Part shown: positions 39,805 through 53,552 of the stretch, in pieces
Position numbering within the stretch: position 1 is the first letter of the stretch
Layout: each line of letters begins with the position of its first letter
Assembly (NCBI RefSeq): GCF_006345805.1
Contig: NC_043004.1
Span: 52,638,001 to 52,702,000, forward strand
Length of the DNA: 64,000 bases
Direction of reading: 5' to 3'
DNA from: Octopus sinensis
Taxonomy: Eukaryota
Made by a program: the position numbers and the translations under genes
The notes under the pieces: model-generated
Database searches by the model: none
The model's input: the letters and a program-made list of their open reading frames with translations, nothing else
Told to the model about the DNA's origin: nothing

Positions 39805-39830
39805 AGCCAGGAACTTTTCGGCACCCCCTT
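39805..39830 (-). mobile_element. Solitary mariner-like TIR remnant
   Basis: Reverse complement agggggtgccgaaaagttcctggct resembles mariner TIRs. No partner was found. Confidence 0.4.
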
Positions 39831-39929
39831 TTCGGGGGTGTACGTATGTATGTATATACATACATACGTACATACATACATGCATACACACGCACACACG
39901 CACATACACACACACACACACACACACAG

Positions 39930-39968
<39 letters not shown>

Positions 39969-40519
39969 CGTATACCAGAATATAATAACGTATTATACAA
40001 TATAATACCTCGAAATGAAAGAAAGTATAAAATATCTAATTCACATCATTGCTGTGAAATTATTTAGTTAGACGCTTAACAAACTCGAATCCCCATCAGG
40101 CACAACATCACATCCGGAAAACGAGGAGAAAATAATAGGCGAACAAAAACATTATTAATAAATTGTCTCTTCTAATTATGTACAAATCTTCTGTTTGAAA
40201 ACTTTCCAATCAGTTTTAAGTGACAGTATTTTAATATCTCTCGTATTTAATATTTAAATATTTGCCATCTATTTCTAATAACTGAACGGTGTGTGACAGA
40301 TAGGCACCGGAAATTTAATAACGATAACATCTAACCGGAAGTTTATCTATTGGATTGAGAACTTAATACTTACGCTTATTAACTCAACCGACTGAACGAT
40401 GGGATATAACATCTGTCCCTCTCTCTCTCTTTCTCTCTCTGAATGTATACACACATACACAAACCTATTCGCGCGCACACATACACTTAAACACAGACAT
40501 GAATATAACACATACATAT

Positions 40520-40551
<32 letters not shown>

Positions 40552-40618
40552 ATATATATAATATATATATTATATATATATATGTATATGTATAGTATAT
40601 ATATAGTTATTATATATG

Positions 40619-40664
<46 letters not shown>

Positions 40665-40947
40665 TATATACACATATATAGATACACTTAAATACATTTA
40701 CATATACACACGTGTTTTGCTGTCTTTGCTGTTATAAATCGATGGACTACTGCAGCATGGGCGCAACGCCTTGCTGGGGTTGTGTCGGACTTGTTAACGA
40801 GCTTTGTATGTATCTTATTCTCATTTTATCGAAACTCGAAACACTGCACATAACTTAAAGAGACGCATCACTGTATATTATTATACATAGACTTCCACAA
40901 GCCGAGCAGCCTACTCATTCTTTGTATTTAGACGTACACACACGCAT

Positions 40948-40986
<39 letters not shown>

Positions 40987-41286
40987 ACACACACATAAAT
41001 GCAGTCATGCACACACACATATATGTAGAAATATGCATGAACCTGTAATTTCCCAACCTTGCAAAAAAACATTTTCATCTCTTCTCTTCAACTTTATACA
41101 CCATTTGGACACAATTCACAACCCACATTCTAGTAAATCCTCTTCCACTCGACATTATCCTACACAGACACACATATACCTGTATACACACATATTCAGA
41201 CTACGCCACACATTGCATCACTCACACGCATACACACATACACAGATTCGCTTACACTTCACGCATGCTCAAACAAAACTACCAAT

Positions 41287-41590
41287 TTCAACCCAACAAA
41301 CATCTTCATGCACAAACATACATGAACACACACACACACTACTCGGAGCCAACTGGTACATATGCACGTATGCATCTTCAAATGAATGGATACCCTCTTG
41401 CATGTAATAAGTTGCTCCCGCTTGGACACTTACCCATATACTTACACATCGACTAAATTCTAGGTTCTCTCTCCACTCTCATTCGTTTTTTCACTCTCGC
41501 TCTTCCACCGCTGATGTACCTCTTCCTCCTCACTCACTCTGCTTTCCTCTCTCCCACTCTTTCTACTGTTCTCTCTCTCTCATTCTATCT
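41287..41590 (+). repeat. About 300-bp segment duplicated (direct) at 44440-44709
   Basis: ttcaacccaac..atcttcatg...ctactcggagccaactggtacatatgcac...tcattctat is present in both, at roughly 90% identity by eye. Confidence 0.85.
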
Positions 41591-41729
41591 CCTTCTCTTT
41601 CCATTTCTCATTTATTGTTTCATTCTCTATTTTTTCCTCCATCTCTTTTCTGCCTACATAAATATCATACGCACATGCACTTATACGCCTATACAACACA
41701 CACACACACACACACTCACTCTTTCCTTA

Positions 41730-41829
<100 letters not shown>

Positions 41830-41968
41830 GTATAATATATATATATTATATATATAGTAAATTTAGGCTGAATACTTGTAAGTGTAAGCGCCGGTATACG
41901 CCAGCTAGTAGCAGTGGTTAGAGGGTATATGTATCAAATGAAATCAAAAACAGAACGCAAAGGATGTC

Positions 41969-42059
41969 GCGGTACACATGTTTCAAGCTTTACAAACGAC
42001 CTATTCTTACATCAGTGTATAATAGACATAACGGATGGTTTAAAGCTCTCTTCAGCCGC
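41969..42059 (-). ncRNA. Type I hammerhead ribozyme (ACGT/ATGT stem III)
   Basis: Minus strand reads gcgg-CTGAAGA-gagcttta...taaagctt-GAAAC-atgt-GTA|ccgc. The core is intact, stem I is 4 bp GC-rich, stem II is 8 bp. The loop ATGT is likely a CpG-decayed ACGT (ACGT in sister copies). Confidence 0.78.
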
Positions 42060-43022
42060 ATACCATAGATATTCCAAAGAGTTACATCACACTATGAAAA
42101 ATCGGAAAGGTACATTTAGTATTACCCATAATGATAGGTATATCATGTCTCCCCGAGAGAGTGTATTTGTAAACTTTCATAACCGAATTGGCGTGTAGTG
42201 TATCATTGGATTTCGAAAGTCTGTCCATACTGTATCACCAGTCAACATAGAGTGAATGTTAAATAGATTTGAATGGGTTCATTCCTCTTGTAAGGGAAAA
42301 GAAATAAGAAGGAAAGACGGAGAAAAAAAGAGGAAGAAAGAAAGAAAGAAAATGTAGGGAGAGTATGGAGAGGAAAAATAGTTAGAAAGAAAGAAAGAAG
42401 GTAGAAAGAAGAGAGAAAAAATAGAGGGGAAAAAGAGAAAGAAAGAAAAGAGGAGAAAAAGTTAATAATGTTGGGATCACAAGTAAATAAATATAAAGGA
42501 ATATAATAAATATTTTAAAAAACTAGATTAACAAGAAAATATGAAAACGTGAAGTATAAAAAACGTAAAGTATAAAAAAACCTAAATTATAAAATGTAAA
42601 TAAAAACATAAAGAAAAATGAAGAAATAAAAAGATATAAAGTAATCGTAAAAACAAAAGAATTAAGATAAAGAGATAAGATGTTAAAAGGATTGAGGTTA
42701 AGATTTAGGTTGTGATGTGGTGGTAAGTGTCATAAATTACTTCTTATTTTCGGTGGGGGGGGGTGATGAAATTTGATATTGTTGTAGTGCGTGGTCAGTT
42801 TACTGCCATCTGCCACTACATACTTTAAGTTTATCGTGTATGTGTGTGTGTGTTTGTCTACATGCTTACCCGTGCGCATATATATATAAACATGTTTCAT
42901 ACAACTAATGATACGTAAAGATATAGGTATCTGTACACACACACAACCACACACATGACAATCTTAATACACACACACATATATATATATATGTGCACAC
43001 ACGCACACACATACCCACATAC

Positions 43023-43061
<39 letters not shown>

Positions 43062-43066
43062 TACAT

Positions 43067-43132
43067 ATATCATGTCTAAAGGAGACATGATATATATATA
43101 TACACATATCATGTCTCAGGGAGACATGATAT
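43067..43132. repeat. Two short tandem hairpins atatcatgtct(c)-loop-(g)agacatgatat at the start of the inverted copy of 41940-42150
   Basis: 43067-43093 and 43106-43132. Confidence 0.8.
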
Positions 43133-43210
43133 ACCTATCATTATGGATAATACTAAATGTACCTTTCGGATTTTCATAGTGTGATGTAACTCTTTGGAAT
43201 AACTATTGCA

Positions 43211-43303
43211 TGTGGCTGGAGGGAGCTTTAAAACATCCTTTATGTTTATCATACACTGATGTAAGAATAGGTCGTTTATAAAGCTTGAAACACGTGTACC
43301 GCG
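43211..43303 (+). ncRNA. Core-mutated sister copy of the 41969 hammerhead
   Basis: tgtgg-CTGGAGG-gagcttta...taaagctt-GAAAC-acgt-GTA-ccgcg. A6 and A9 are changed to G, so it is probably inactive. A third truncated copy lies at about 45255-45325. Confidence 0.6.
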
Positions 43304-43513
43304 ACATCTTTAGTGTACTTTTTTTGATTATATATACATATATACGCATATATATATATATATATATATAAATAATTAATTAATAAGGGTGAGAGAATTA
43401 GATACTAATTTAATAGTATATCTATTCAACACCAAGTGGCCTAGTGCTCCGAGAAACCTGGATTATTATATTATTATAATATTTTATAACATATTATAAT
43501 ATTTTTACAAAAT

Positions 43514-43601
43514 AAATATAAGAGAGTGGTCACTATATGGCTCACTCTTTTGGATTAACTGGTGCTAGAGTGAGCCATATAGTGACCACTCTCTTATATT
43601 T
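43514..43601. repeat. Hairpin with 35-bp perfect arms
   Basis: aaatataagagagtggtcactatatggctcactct ... agagtgagccatatagtgaccactctcttatattt. Confidence 0.9.
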
Positions 43602-43722
43602 TTTATATATATATATATATATATATAATATAATTACACACACACAATATATTATATATATATATATATATAATATATATATACATATATACATATACAC
43701 ACACACATATATATATATATAT

Positions 43723-45202
43723 ATAATTTTTGTTCAGAATGAGTTAAAAAACCAAGGTTGTGGAGATTTTAGTACATTTATAGATATAAGGTCTTACAGC
43801 TGTTTCCGGAATATTTTTCATGTCCCTTCATCGAAATCGGTGTAAGAAAATAGTTAAGCAATAGTTAATATAAGATATTAAATAGTTATAAATAATTAAT
43901 TCATATAAGATATGAAATATATATACAGAAGCACAATTAAATGTTACAGAGCTCATTCAGCGATAGCAAAATCCAATGTAAGTTATTCTTATACAATATT
44001 GTTTTTATAGTCACCTATACGAAGAATATTGACCATTATTTTTAATACTCAACTGCAAGATAACTTATATAAACGTGGTTTATATATATTCATTTATTAC
44101 AATAATAAGATTAGAAAACAGAGAGGTAATTAAATTATTATTTATCAATTAAAAAATTGACAAGCATCCATTACAGTTGTTTCATTTCAGACCCTCGGAA
44201 AATTAATTATTTAAATTAAAAATTATTTGAAAGTCGAATCTCTTCAGAGGTACATAAAGATATACAAAATACGTGTACAATTTCTGCATGTTGAATAAAT
44301 GGCTGAAATCCGTTAACTGATAAAATGTATGCATAAAGAACATAATATAAAAAAGGCATAGAATGGGAGTAACGTCGTGTATAAAGAAACTGTAACACAA
44401 TATATTCCTCTAGAATATATTCAACTGTAAAACAATATATTCAACCCAACATCTTCATGTATAAACATGCATGAACACACACACACACTACTCGGAGCCA
44501 ACTGGTACATATGCACTTATGCATCTTCAAATGAAAGGATACCCTCTTTTACCCATAAACTTACACATCGACTAAATTCTAGATTCTCTCTCCACTCTCA
44601 TTCGTTTTCTCACTCTCGCTCTTCCATCACTGATATACCTCTTCCTCCTCACTCACTCTGCTTTCCTCTCTCCCACTCTTCCTACTGTTCTCTCTCTCTC
44701 TCATTCTATTTTATACTACCATTTTATACTATGATCTTTGATCGGATGTTTGTCGGATGTTTGTCAATTTTTTAATTGATAAATAATAATTTAATTACCT
44801 CTCTGTTTTCTAATCTTATTATTGTAATAAATGAATATATATAAACCACGGTTTATATAAGTTATCTTGCAGTTGAGTATTAAAAATAATGGTCAATATT
44901 CTTCGTATAGGTAACTATAAAATCAATATTGTATAAGAATAACTTACATTGGATTTTGCTATCACTGAATGAGGTCTGTAACATTTAATTGTGCTTCTGT
45001 ATATATATTTCATATCTTATATAAATTAATTATTTATAACTATTTAATATCTTATATTAACTATTGCTTAACTATTTTCTTACACCGATTTCGATGAAGG
45101 GACATGAAAAATATTCCGGAAACAGCTGTAAGACCTTATATCTATAAATGTACTAAAATCTCCACAACCTTGGTTTTTTATCTCATTCTGAACAAAAATT
45201 AT
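43723..45202. repeat. Large inverted repeat, arms 43723-44169 and 44755-45202, 585-bp spacer
   Basis: The arms are reverse complements with scattered substitutions (e.g. gagctcattcagcgat vs atcactgaatgaggtc). Each arm carries a degenerate hammerhead-like tCGATGA...GAAAC-agct-GTA motif (about 43787-43835 minus, 45088-45135 plus). Confidence 0.92.
44165..44253 (-). ncRNA. Degenerate hammerhead-like motif, sister of 46951-47036
   Basis: Minus strand reads CTGAAGA-gattc...gaaat-GAAAC-aact-GTA. Stems I and II are weakened. Confidence 0.4.
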
Positions 45203-46272
45203 ATATATATATATATTATTATATATATATATATGCGTATATATGTATATATAATCAAAAACAGAACACTAAAGATGTCGCGGTACACGTGTTTAAAGCT
45301 TTATAAACGACCTATACTTACATCAGTGTAAAGTATAAGAAAGCTCAAGGAGATATAATTGGTACAAATCTCATATTGTGCTATTATGTGTATTCTCATT
45401 AAATCAATATAAAATCAATATGTAGAGTGTGTATGGTTACTAATATTTAGTTACGGTGGAAGTCATTCAAACAATCTTTTACTTATTATAAATATCAAAA
45501 TAGTTAAAAGACCAATATGAATATTAACTTAATGTTAGGGCACATAAAAATCGTAAATAAAGCATGAAGAAATTAAAGTAGATAAATAAAAATATATAGA
45601 GTAAATAATAAAAATCGAGAGAGAAAACTAAATAAATGAGTAAAGAATTATAATGTATTAATTTTCCCCGCTTAAAAATTTATTATTGAGCTACACTAAT
45701 AAAGATAAACCACTATTGGACAAAATTTTATTTCAATATTTCAGATGTGCAGCATTCGTATAGTGATATACCGGATATAAATATGTTAAGCTGCTAAGGT
45801 ACGAGATACGGTATTTAACATAAATACTAAAAACAAAAATTAGAATTATAGGGAATAAAATTATGCTAATAAAAGTGATAATAAGGGCTTAAATATGGTT
45901 CAATTTGACAAGTTAAATTAAACTTTATTAATACAAATATTAAAATAGTTAAATATGAAGTCCTCAAAACCGGAAATAGGTATTCATATAGATTATTCCT
46001 AGAAAGAAAATCTAGGAATAATCTAATTTAGGGACATACCGAAACGAAAACTGGTAGAACTAAATAATTGTTATTAGCAGTGAGTTAGGAAATAGCTACA
46101 ACTTTTGTTCGTATAGTACAATTAATTTGATTTAGAAAAGAGCTTACGAAAATCCAGTTACGAACTAAATTAGGGTCATACACTAAATACGAAACCGTGA
46201 ATGCAAATAACATGTAAATGGATTTTTAAAAACATTTTAAATTAGTATACACATCAAATAGACATGCGATTA

Positions 46273-46311
<39 letters not shown>

Positions 46312-46950
46312 CAATATACAGGAATAATAAAGGTTATTATTTTACTTACTAGGAGATAAGTACACTGTAATTATATATATGTAATTATATATATGTAGGT
46401 GGAGAAAAGGCTATAAAATCGATGGAAAACAAACAGTCAAGGGGAGATAATTAATAATAAATTGTGCAAAGCAAATAAATATATTGGGCTAGGTAGAAAA
46501 TGTGCATATTATATATCCTTAGAGGGGTGTGCAATGTATGGGGTAAAAAATGCTAACGAAAATATTAAAACATTCTACCAAAAATAGGTCTTTCAACTAT
46601 TTCGATATTTATAACAAGTAATAAATTGCATGAATGCCTTTAATAGTAACGTTAAATAGTAACTATACAGACTAATATTAGACTCTACATACTAATTCTA
46701 TATTGGTTTAATAAGAATAGGCATAATAGAACAATATGACATTTTTACCAATTATACCTACTTGAGCTTTCCTCTACTTAAGACTCAAGATGTATGTTTT
46801 GTTCTACAATTCCATTATACCCAACCTTACACCGCTTCTAGGGTGTCTACCATTTTTATATTATGTTCTTTAGGTATAAATTCTATCAGTTAACGGTTTG
46901 CAGCCATTTACTCAACATGTAGGAATTGTACACTGATTTTGTATATCTTT

Positions 46951-47036
46951 ATCTTTCTCTGAAGAGATTCGACGTTCAAATAATTTTTAAATTAATTAAT
47001 TTTTCGAGTATCTGAATTGAAACAGCTGTAAAGGAT
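46951..47036 (+). ncRNA. Type I hammerhead-like motif (AGCT stem III), intact core, weak stem I
   Basis: CTGAAGA (46959-65)-gattc...gaatt-GAAAC (47019-23)-agct-GTA (47028-30)-aaggat. Confidence 0.55.
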
Positions 47037-47101
47037 GTTTGTCAATTTTTAAGATAATAAATAATATTCTATTAATTACCTCTCTATTTTCTCTTCTTAT
47101 A

Positions 47102-47148
<47 letters not shown>

Positions 47149-47755
47149 ATATATACATACATATATACATATATATATATCGATATATATGTATATATCT
47201 ATCTATATATATATATATGTATGTATCTATATATATATGTGTGTGTGTGTGCATATATATCTGTATGCATGCGTACACCTACGCGCACGCATACATGGAC
47301 GAATAAGAGCATAGGCAAAAGTATATTTTCCATTACATACACACACACACACGCAGACTCACAAATGCACGCATCTTTAAAGAAAGGTCTAATATATACA
47401 TTACAGGATAATTTCCCATTGATGTAATCTTATGCATATGCACGTGTTTATTCATATATATGTGTGTTAGCGTGCGTAGGCCCATATAAACATGGACACG
47501 AAGAGACATACTTACACTCATATTGCTAATCTCACCAGCCAAATAGCCAAAGGCTCTCTCGGCCAAAGACACAACCCGCACCACTTCTACGTATACGTAT
47601 TTGTACATGAGCACACAGTAACCAGAAATATACACTACAAAGATACACATACACATACAAAGACATATATACATAGAAAGATGGTTATATAAATAGATAG
47701 TTATATAGATAGACAGACAGACAGACAGACGCACAAACAGATACATTGACAGATT

Positions 47756-47817
<62 letters not shown>

Positions 47818-48484
47818 AGAGAGAGAGAGATGGGTAGATATAAATAGACAGATAGATATAGATATATAGATATATACATATATACTCACATACATATATA
47901 ACAATGTATGTATATATGTATGTATGTATATAATTATGTGCGTATATAGTGAGTTTTAATAAAGCCTTATCTGAACGAGAAAGACAAATAAAAGGGAATA
48001 AAATATGGTATGGCATTGCCAATAAATAAGAGATAAAGATGTAGTCATATCTAAAATTCAATTTCTGATATGCCTATATTTCGGCATAAAAAAAATTCTT
48101 TGTACGAGGATCGTAAGTAAAGTTATCTGAGTCATTTTGCAGTCAGGTCAATCTGTCTTCTGAAAAAAAAAATTCGTATCATTTTAAGGAGAGAGCAGTG
48201 TTGTATACTGGTCAAGCAGACGCTTAAACACTGTCAAAGTCCATATCTTGGTTTACATGTTAAGGAATAGATAGTGTTTGACGCGAGTCGACCTGCAGAC
48301 AATATAGTGTAAACTGAATATAGGCTGTTTGTGGCATGTGCGGCGTGTAATTGAGGGAGAGACGCGAGTAGCAGTGTCGTATGCAGAAGGAAGGAATAAA
48401 AGAATAGAAAGAATAATAGGGTCGTACAAAATTTAGATATATATATACTTGCATATAAGAGACCAAAGTGTACGTACGCCGCTA

Positions 48485-49139
48485 TATTTTTATATACAAA
48501 AAATACAAAAATGGGACAAGAACGCAAAACATCCAGACAATTAGGTGATACAAAAAAGGGACAACAAACATCCAGACAGACGATACAAACAAAACAAGGA
48601 CGGGTCATTCGGAGTATTGTTTCCTCAGTCGAGTTCCAGATTATCTTTCCAATTTCGGCTGGCTATACTCGAGATTACTCCTATCTGGCCAGACCCAAGG
48701 AAAAACTAATCTAAGATCATTAGATTCCTTGGAAAAAAAGCAGCGAATGTATAAGAAAGCAAGGACGGAAAATTTGGAGAAATGTTACTCAATTCGTACG
48801 TAGTCGAAAGACACATGTTGTTATGTCCTGCTATTTGCATTTGTATTTGTATAACATTTCTCCGCTTTTTTCCATCATTGTTTTCATATACATTTTTTTT
48901 GCAAGGGAGCTAATGTTCTGAGCTTAGTTTTTCCTTGAAGTTGGCCAGATTGGAGCAATCTCATGTATAGCCAGCCGAAATTGTAAAGATAATCTGGAAC
49001 TCGACTGAGGAAAGAAAACTCCGAATGACTCGTCCTTGTTTTCTTTGTATCGTCTATCTGGATGTTTTGTTGTCCCTTTTGTGTATCACCTAACTGTCTG
49101 GATATTTTGCGTTCTTGTTCCATTTTGGTATTTTTTAGA

Positions 49140-49145
<6 letters not shown>
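48485..49145. repeat. Imperfect inverted repeat, about 250-bp arms (about 48485-48735 and 48895-49145)
   Basis: caagaacgcaaaacatccagac...ttcctcagtcgagttccagattatcttt vs aaagataatctggaactcgactgagga...tctggatattttgcgttcttg, with many substitutions. Confidence 0.85.
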
Positions 49146-49173
<28 letters not shown>

Positions 49174-50232
49174 AGTGTGTGTGTGTGTGTGTGTTGTGTA
49201 TTAATATACATATGTGTGTATGTGTGTTTGCGTGTGTGAGTGCGCACGCCCACTGACAGGTATATGTGTATGAATGTATATATATATATATATATACATA
49301 GAGAGAGAGAGAAAGATAGACGCCAATGTATACGTGACGACATATCTATCTTCCATTTCATCTATCTCTGTATCATTCTATCTATTTATAATTTCACATG
49401 GAGCCATTTTCAAGTTTCTTATGCAACTGAAGTTGAATTTAGTGTTTTCTTTTTTCCCTACAATTTGCTATTAATCAATTTAATAGTTCCTGCGACCTGA
49501 TTGGAATTTTATTGATGATTCTAAAATTATTAAATTATATTGCTTGTATCATTATTAGTAAAGATTGGCTTACACCACTAAATATTATACAGTTTCAGAC
49601 GATGGCCAATTACTTTCTTTGCATATTTTTATTTGTCAAATAAATAACAAATTAAATGAATTAAGGAATCTCTTAGTTTTGGGGATATGTAGATATATCG
49701 GTTGATTGTGGAAAAGAATGTTTTAGTACTCGGTATATTTGTCTTTACATGAATGTAACCTAAGTGCTCCTAGTCCAAAGAGGGTACCTCAAACGTTATA
49801 TTAGAGGCGAATCGCCGTTAACTGGGCCTCGAATATACAATATTTGCTCAAAGTCGTGGGGTGAAAAAGAAAAAGAAATTTGAACTGAGAGCACCACAAA
49901 CTTAAATAGATATCCCACAATGCATCTCATCAGTCGTTCTATTTATTCTGCCAGTTCATCGACTTGTACGTTCATTTTATTTATTGACCGAGAAAAAGTG
50001 GATGAAATATGACCTTCGTGAAATTTGAATTTAGAATGCAGAGAGGCGGTATTCGTACTGCAAGATTTTCTATCTAGCACTAGATTCGTCGCTCGAGCGC
50101 TATGTGCACACTTGATATCTACATTATTTTTGTGTATATTATTTGCTGCAATAACTATGTAATGCTTGTATGATATGTATCAATCACTCAAATACTACTC
50201 ACATATATTTTTATTGGAAGCAGTGATATTTA

Positions 50233-50758
50233 CCGTAAATCCTCGAGTATACTCCGCATTTCCCCCCCCCCCCCAAATTTGAAGGTCAAAATCCATAGTG
50301 CGTACTATATACGAGGTTAAAAATGAAAAATATCTTCTAAGCAATGACCGAGTCTCTATTCGCTGTCCGGCAATGTTTATTCATACGCATTTTGTGATGT
50401 CGGGCACGAAAATACCTTAAGCTAAGCTTGGAAGCAATGAAGTCATAAAAGAATCATCTATAACTTGCAGAAAGCAACATTTATTAAACGTTATTACTTT
50501 TATTACTGTTATTTCTTTATTTTCTGCAATCAAAAGGTACAAAAAAGCTATACGTTTGCATTATGTTATTTATGCAATAATAATAAAGGACGTTACCGTA
50601 TACATTTTTACAAACCAAGGACGTTATATAGACATCCTTGACTCAAGTTAGAGAAGGGGTGCGTATTATACAAAAGGTTTAAGTTTTTCAGAGGTACAGC
50701 CCCCTAAAACTCCCCTGGGTATTATACTCAAGGGCGGAATATACTCGAGGATTTACGG
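50233..50758. mobile_element. Non-autonomous pogo/Tc1-mariner-superfamily MITE, 526 bp
   Basis: 25-bp TIRs ccgtaaatcctcgagtata(c/t)tccgc match at 24/25 positions, with TA on both sides (50231-32, 50759-60). No ORF. Confidence 0.88.
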
Positions 50759-51459
50759 TATATAAGTACTGTGTTAACGATTTGTCCTGCTTAAAACCAA
50801 GCTAGCTTTAACTAAACTAGACATACAATAGCATACCAAAAGTACCACTCCTGTGTTTTTATTATATCTAGAATATCTTCGTCGCATTTATGCGTATCTC
50901 TTTAAGTGTGAGTAAAATGTTGAATATGAGTATTTTAGAAATTTTTTAGCTCTAAATTCTCAGCAGAATTTCTTGCTATAGATATGAATACTTAAAAATT
51001 TTTATTTTCCTTTCTACTAATGTGCATTCACAATAATATCTATACTTAAAATAAAATGAAATAAAATAAAATGAAATAAAATAAAATGAAATAAAATAAA
51101 ATATATGAACATCTTATTCAACATCAGGAAATGCTTAGCCATGTTTATGGCAAAATCACATTTTTTTGAAAAATAATTAAATCTAATTAAGTATGATTAT
51201 TAAAAAAACAAACCAAAAATGTCTCAGAACTCTAAAAGAAAATTAGTTGAAAGAAAACGGTTAATTTTCTTGTATTTAAATACAGAAAAAGAATATCATA
51301 ATTAAAAAGTATTAAATGAAAGAAGAAACAATTAATAAAAGATAAAAATACAAAAGCATTTTAATTTAGATAAAATGGGAGAGGAAAAACTTTAATCAAT
51401 CACTTGAATAATGAACTAATATCATAATTAGACGTGGTTTGTTTTGAAATATTATTTCG

Positions 51460-51921
51460 TTCATCACCGTGCTCGTCGTCGTCGCCGTCGTCCTCATTGT
51501 TTGCTGTCGTCGTCGTCGTCGTCAACATCACCATCATCATAATAAACATCATCTTTGTAATAACAGTAATCGTCGTCCTCCTCAAGATTTTAATCCACAT
51601 CAGTATCAAGATTAACATCATATTCTTCTTCTTCTTCTTCATCATCATCATCATCATTATCATCCTCGTCTCAAACCTCACCAGCAACAGTCTTACCAGC
51701 GTCACCACTACCATCACTACCACTTTCATCATGATCTTCATCATTTTCAAATTTCTATCGTCCAACCAACAATTTCATTTGTCCACATTATACTACTACT
51801 ACTACTACTACTACTACTGCTGTTGCTGCTGCTACTACTACTACTACTACTACTACAACTACTACTACTGCTACTGCTGCTGCTACTACTACTACTACTA
51901 CAACTACTACTACTGCTACTG

Positions 51922-51959
<38 letters not shown>

Positions 51960-52017
51960 GCTGCTGCTGCTACTACTACTACTACTACTACTACTACTAT
52001 TACTGCTGCTGCTACTG
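51460..52017. repeat. Compound trinucleotide microsatellite (GTC/ATC/TTC/ACT/GCT)
   Basis: Direct reading. It explains the poly-L, poly-Y and poly-M ORFs. Confidence 0.93.
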
Positions 52018-52772
52018 ATTCCCTTTTTTTTGTTCTTATTCTTCCGAGATTCAGCCAGTGATTTCGTGTAACAACTAGTTAGACGTTTGACTACGGCTAG
52101 TATTTATGATTAGCAATGACATATTGTACGGGAAGAAGGCCAGAATTTTAGAACTAAGAATCTGTTATGTTTGTAATATTTCGTTCATGAAACTGGTTAC
52201 TTTAAGCAATGTTTTTCCTAGGATGTGAGCAGTATCCATTTTTTGTTGTTCTGATGCCATGGAATGTAACGGTATTTAGCCATAGTGTTCAAAAGCGCCT
52301 TTTGTTATTATCCCCAAAGTCCCAATGACCACAGGTACAGTTGTTGTTATTAGATGTATTTTTAGAGCTATATTTCAGAAAATTTGTGCATAAAAGTTAT
52401 ACAGATTTTAAAATCTAAACACCGGATGCTTAACAGTAGACTAGAACCAGTCTGAAGATATCCGCACTTCCATAAAAAGACATCTAAATACTTTAATACA
52501 AGTAATGAATGAACTAGTATCGCAGGCCGGAGGTGCACACATTTAAGGGATATATGTCAGCACAAGTAACTATCAGTATATATATATTTTTTATTTGTTT
52601 CAGTCTTTTGGCTGCTGCCAAATGAAGCACCCTTCGGTCGGAGAAATCCACCCCGGGACTTAATATTTGTAAGTTTAGTACTTATTCTATCGGTCTCATT
52701 TGCTGAACCGCTAAATCAACATCGGTTGTCAAGCAATGGCAGGTGGATAAATACAGAACCACAAACATATAC

Positions 52773-52827
<55 letters not shown>

Positions 52828-52867
52828 TATGTATATATATATATATATAGGTATGTATATATATAGG

Positions 52868-52953
<86 letters not shown>

Positions 52954-52974
52954 TGTGTGTTTTTCTCTCTCTGT

Positions 52975-53110
52975 GTATCTTTCTGTTGAAGAGCGTAGGC
53001 TCGAAACGTTAAAGACTTGTTTTATTTATATTTCCTGAGCGCCATACTAATACAATTGTTCGTTTATTTTCCACCTGCCTTCGTCTTTTGTTATTTTCAT
53101 AAAGCTTCCC
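52975..53110 (+). repeat. Short dispersed repeat with ultra-minimal hammerhead-like motif
   Basis: atcttt-CTGTTGA-a-gagc-gtag-gctc-GAAAC-GTT-aaagac. Stem I is tcttt/aaaga, stem II is gagc/gctc. The repeat is flanked by (TA)n. Confidence 0.55.
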
Positions 53111-53449
53111 GTTATATATATATATATATCTATATATATATATATATATATAGGTATGTATATATATATATGTATAGGTATGTATATATATATATATAAT
53201 ATATGTATAGGTATGTATTATATATATATATGTATTATATATATATCTAATATATATATATATATATAAAAAAGGAATGAAGAAAATGCTGGCAAATAAT
53301 TGAAGTAATTTAAGTAATTTAATTAGGTGAAAGTTCTTTTTACCGGTTGCGCATTTGTTATGCTTATCAAAATATAAAAGAGAGATAGAGTTCCTTTCTT
53401 ATAGAATTTTTCCTCTTATCTTATATATATATATATATATATATACATA

Positions 53450-53533
<84 letters not shown>

Positions 53534-53552
53534 CATACCTATATATATATCT

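Noticed and set aside
43122-43330. ADAR-type A-to-G hypermutation explaining the CTGGAGG core
   Set aside because: Comparison with the 41940-42150 copy shows mixed substitution types, with no A-to-G skew outside the two core positions.
48895-49040. Hammerhead-like CTGAGGA...GAAT and TTGAAGT...GAAA-TT-GTA in the 48.5-49.1 kb fold-back
   Set aside because: Core nucleotides and stem I do not fit in either arm.
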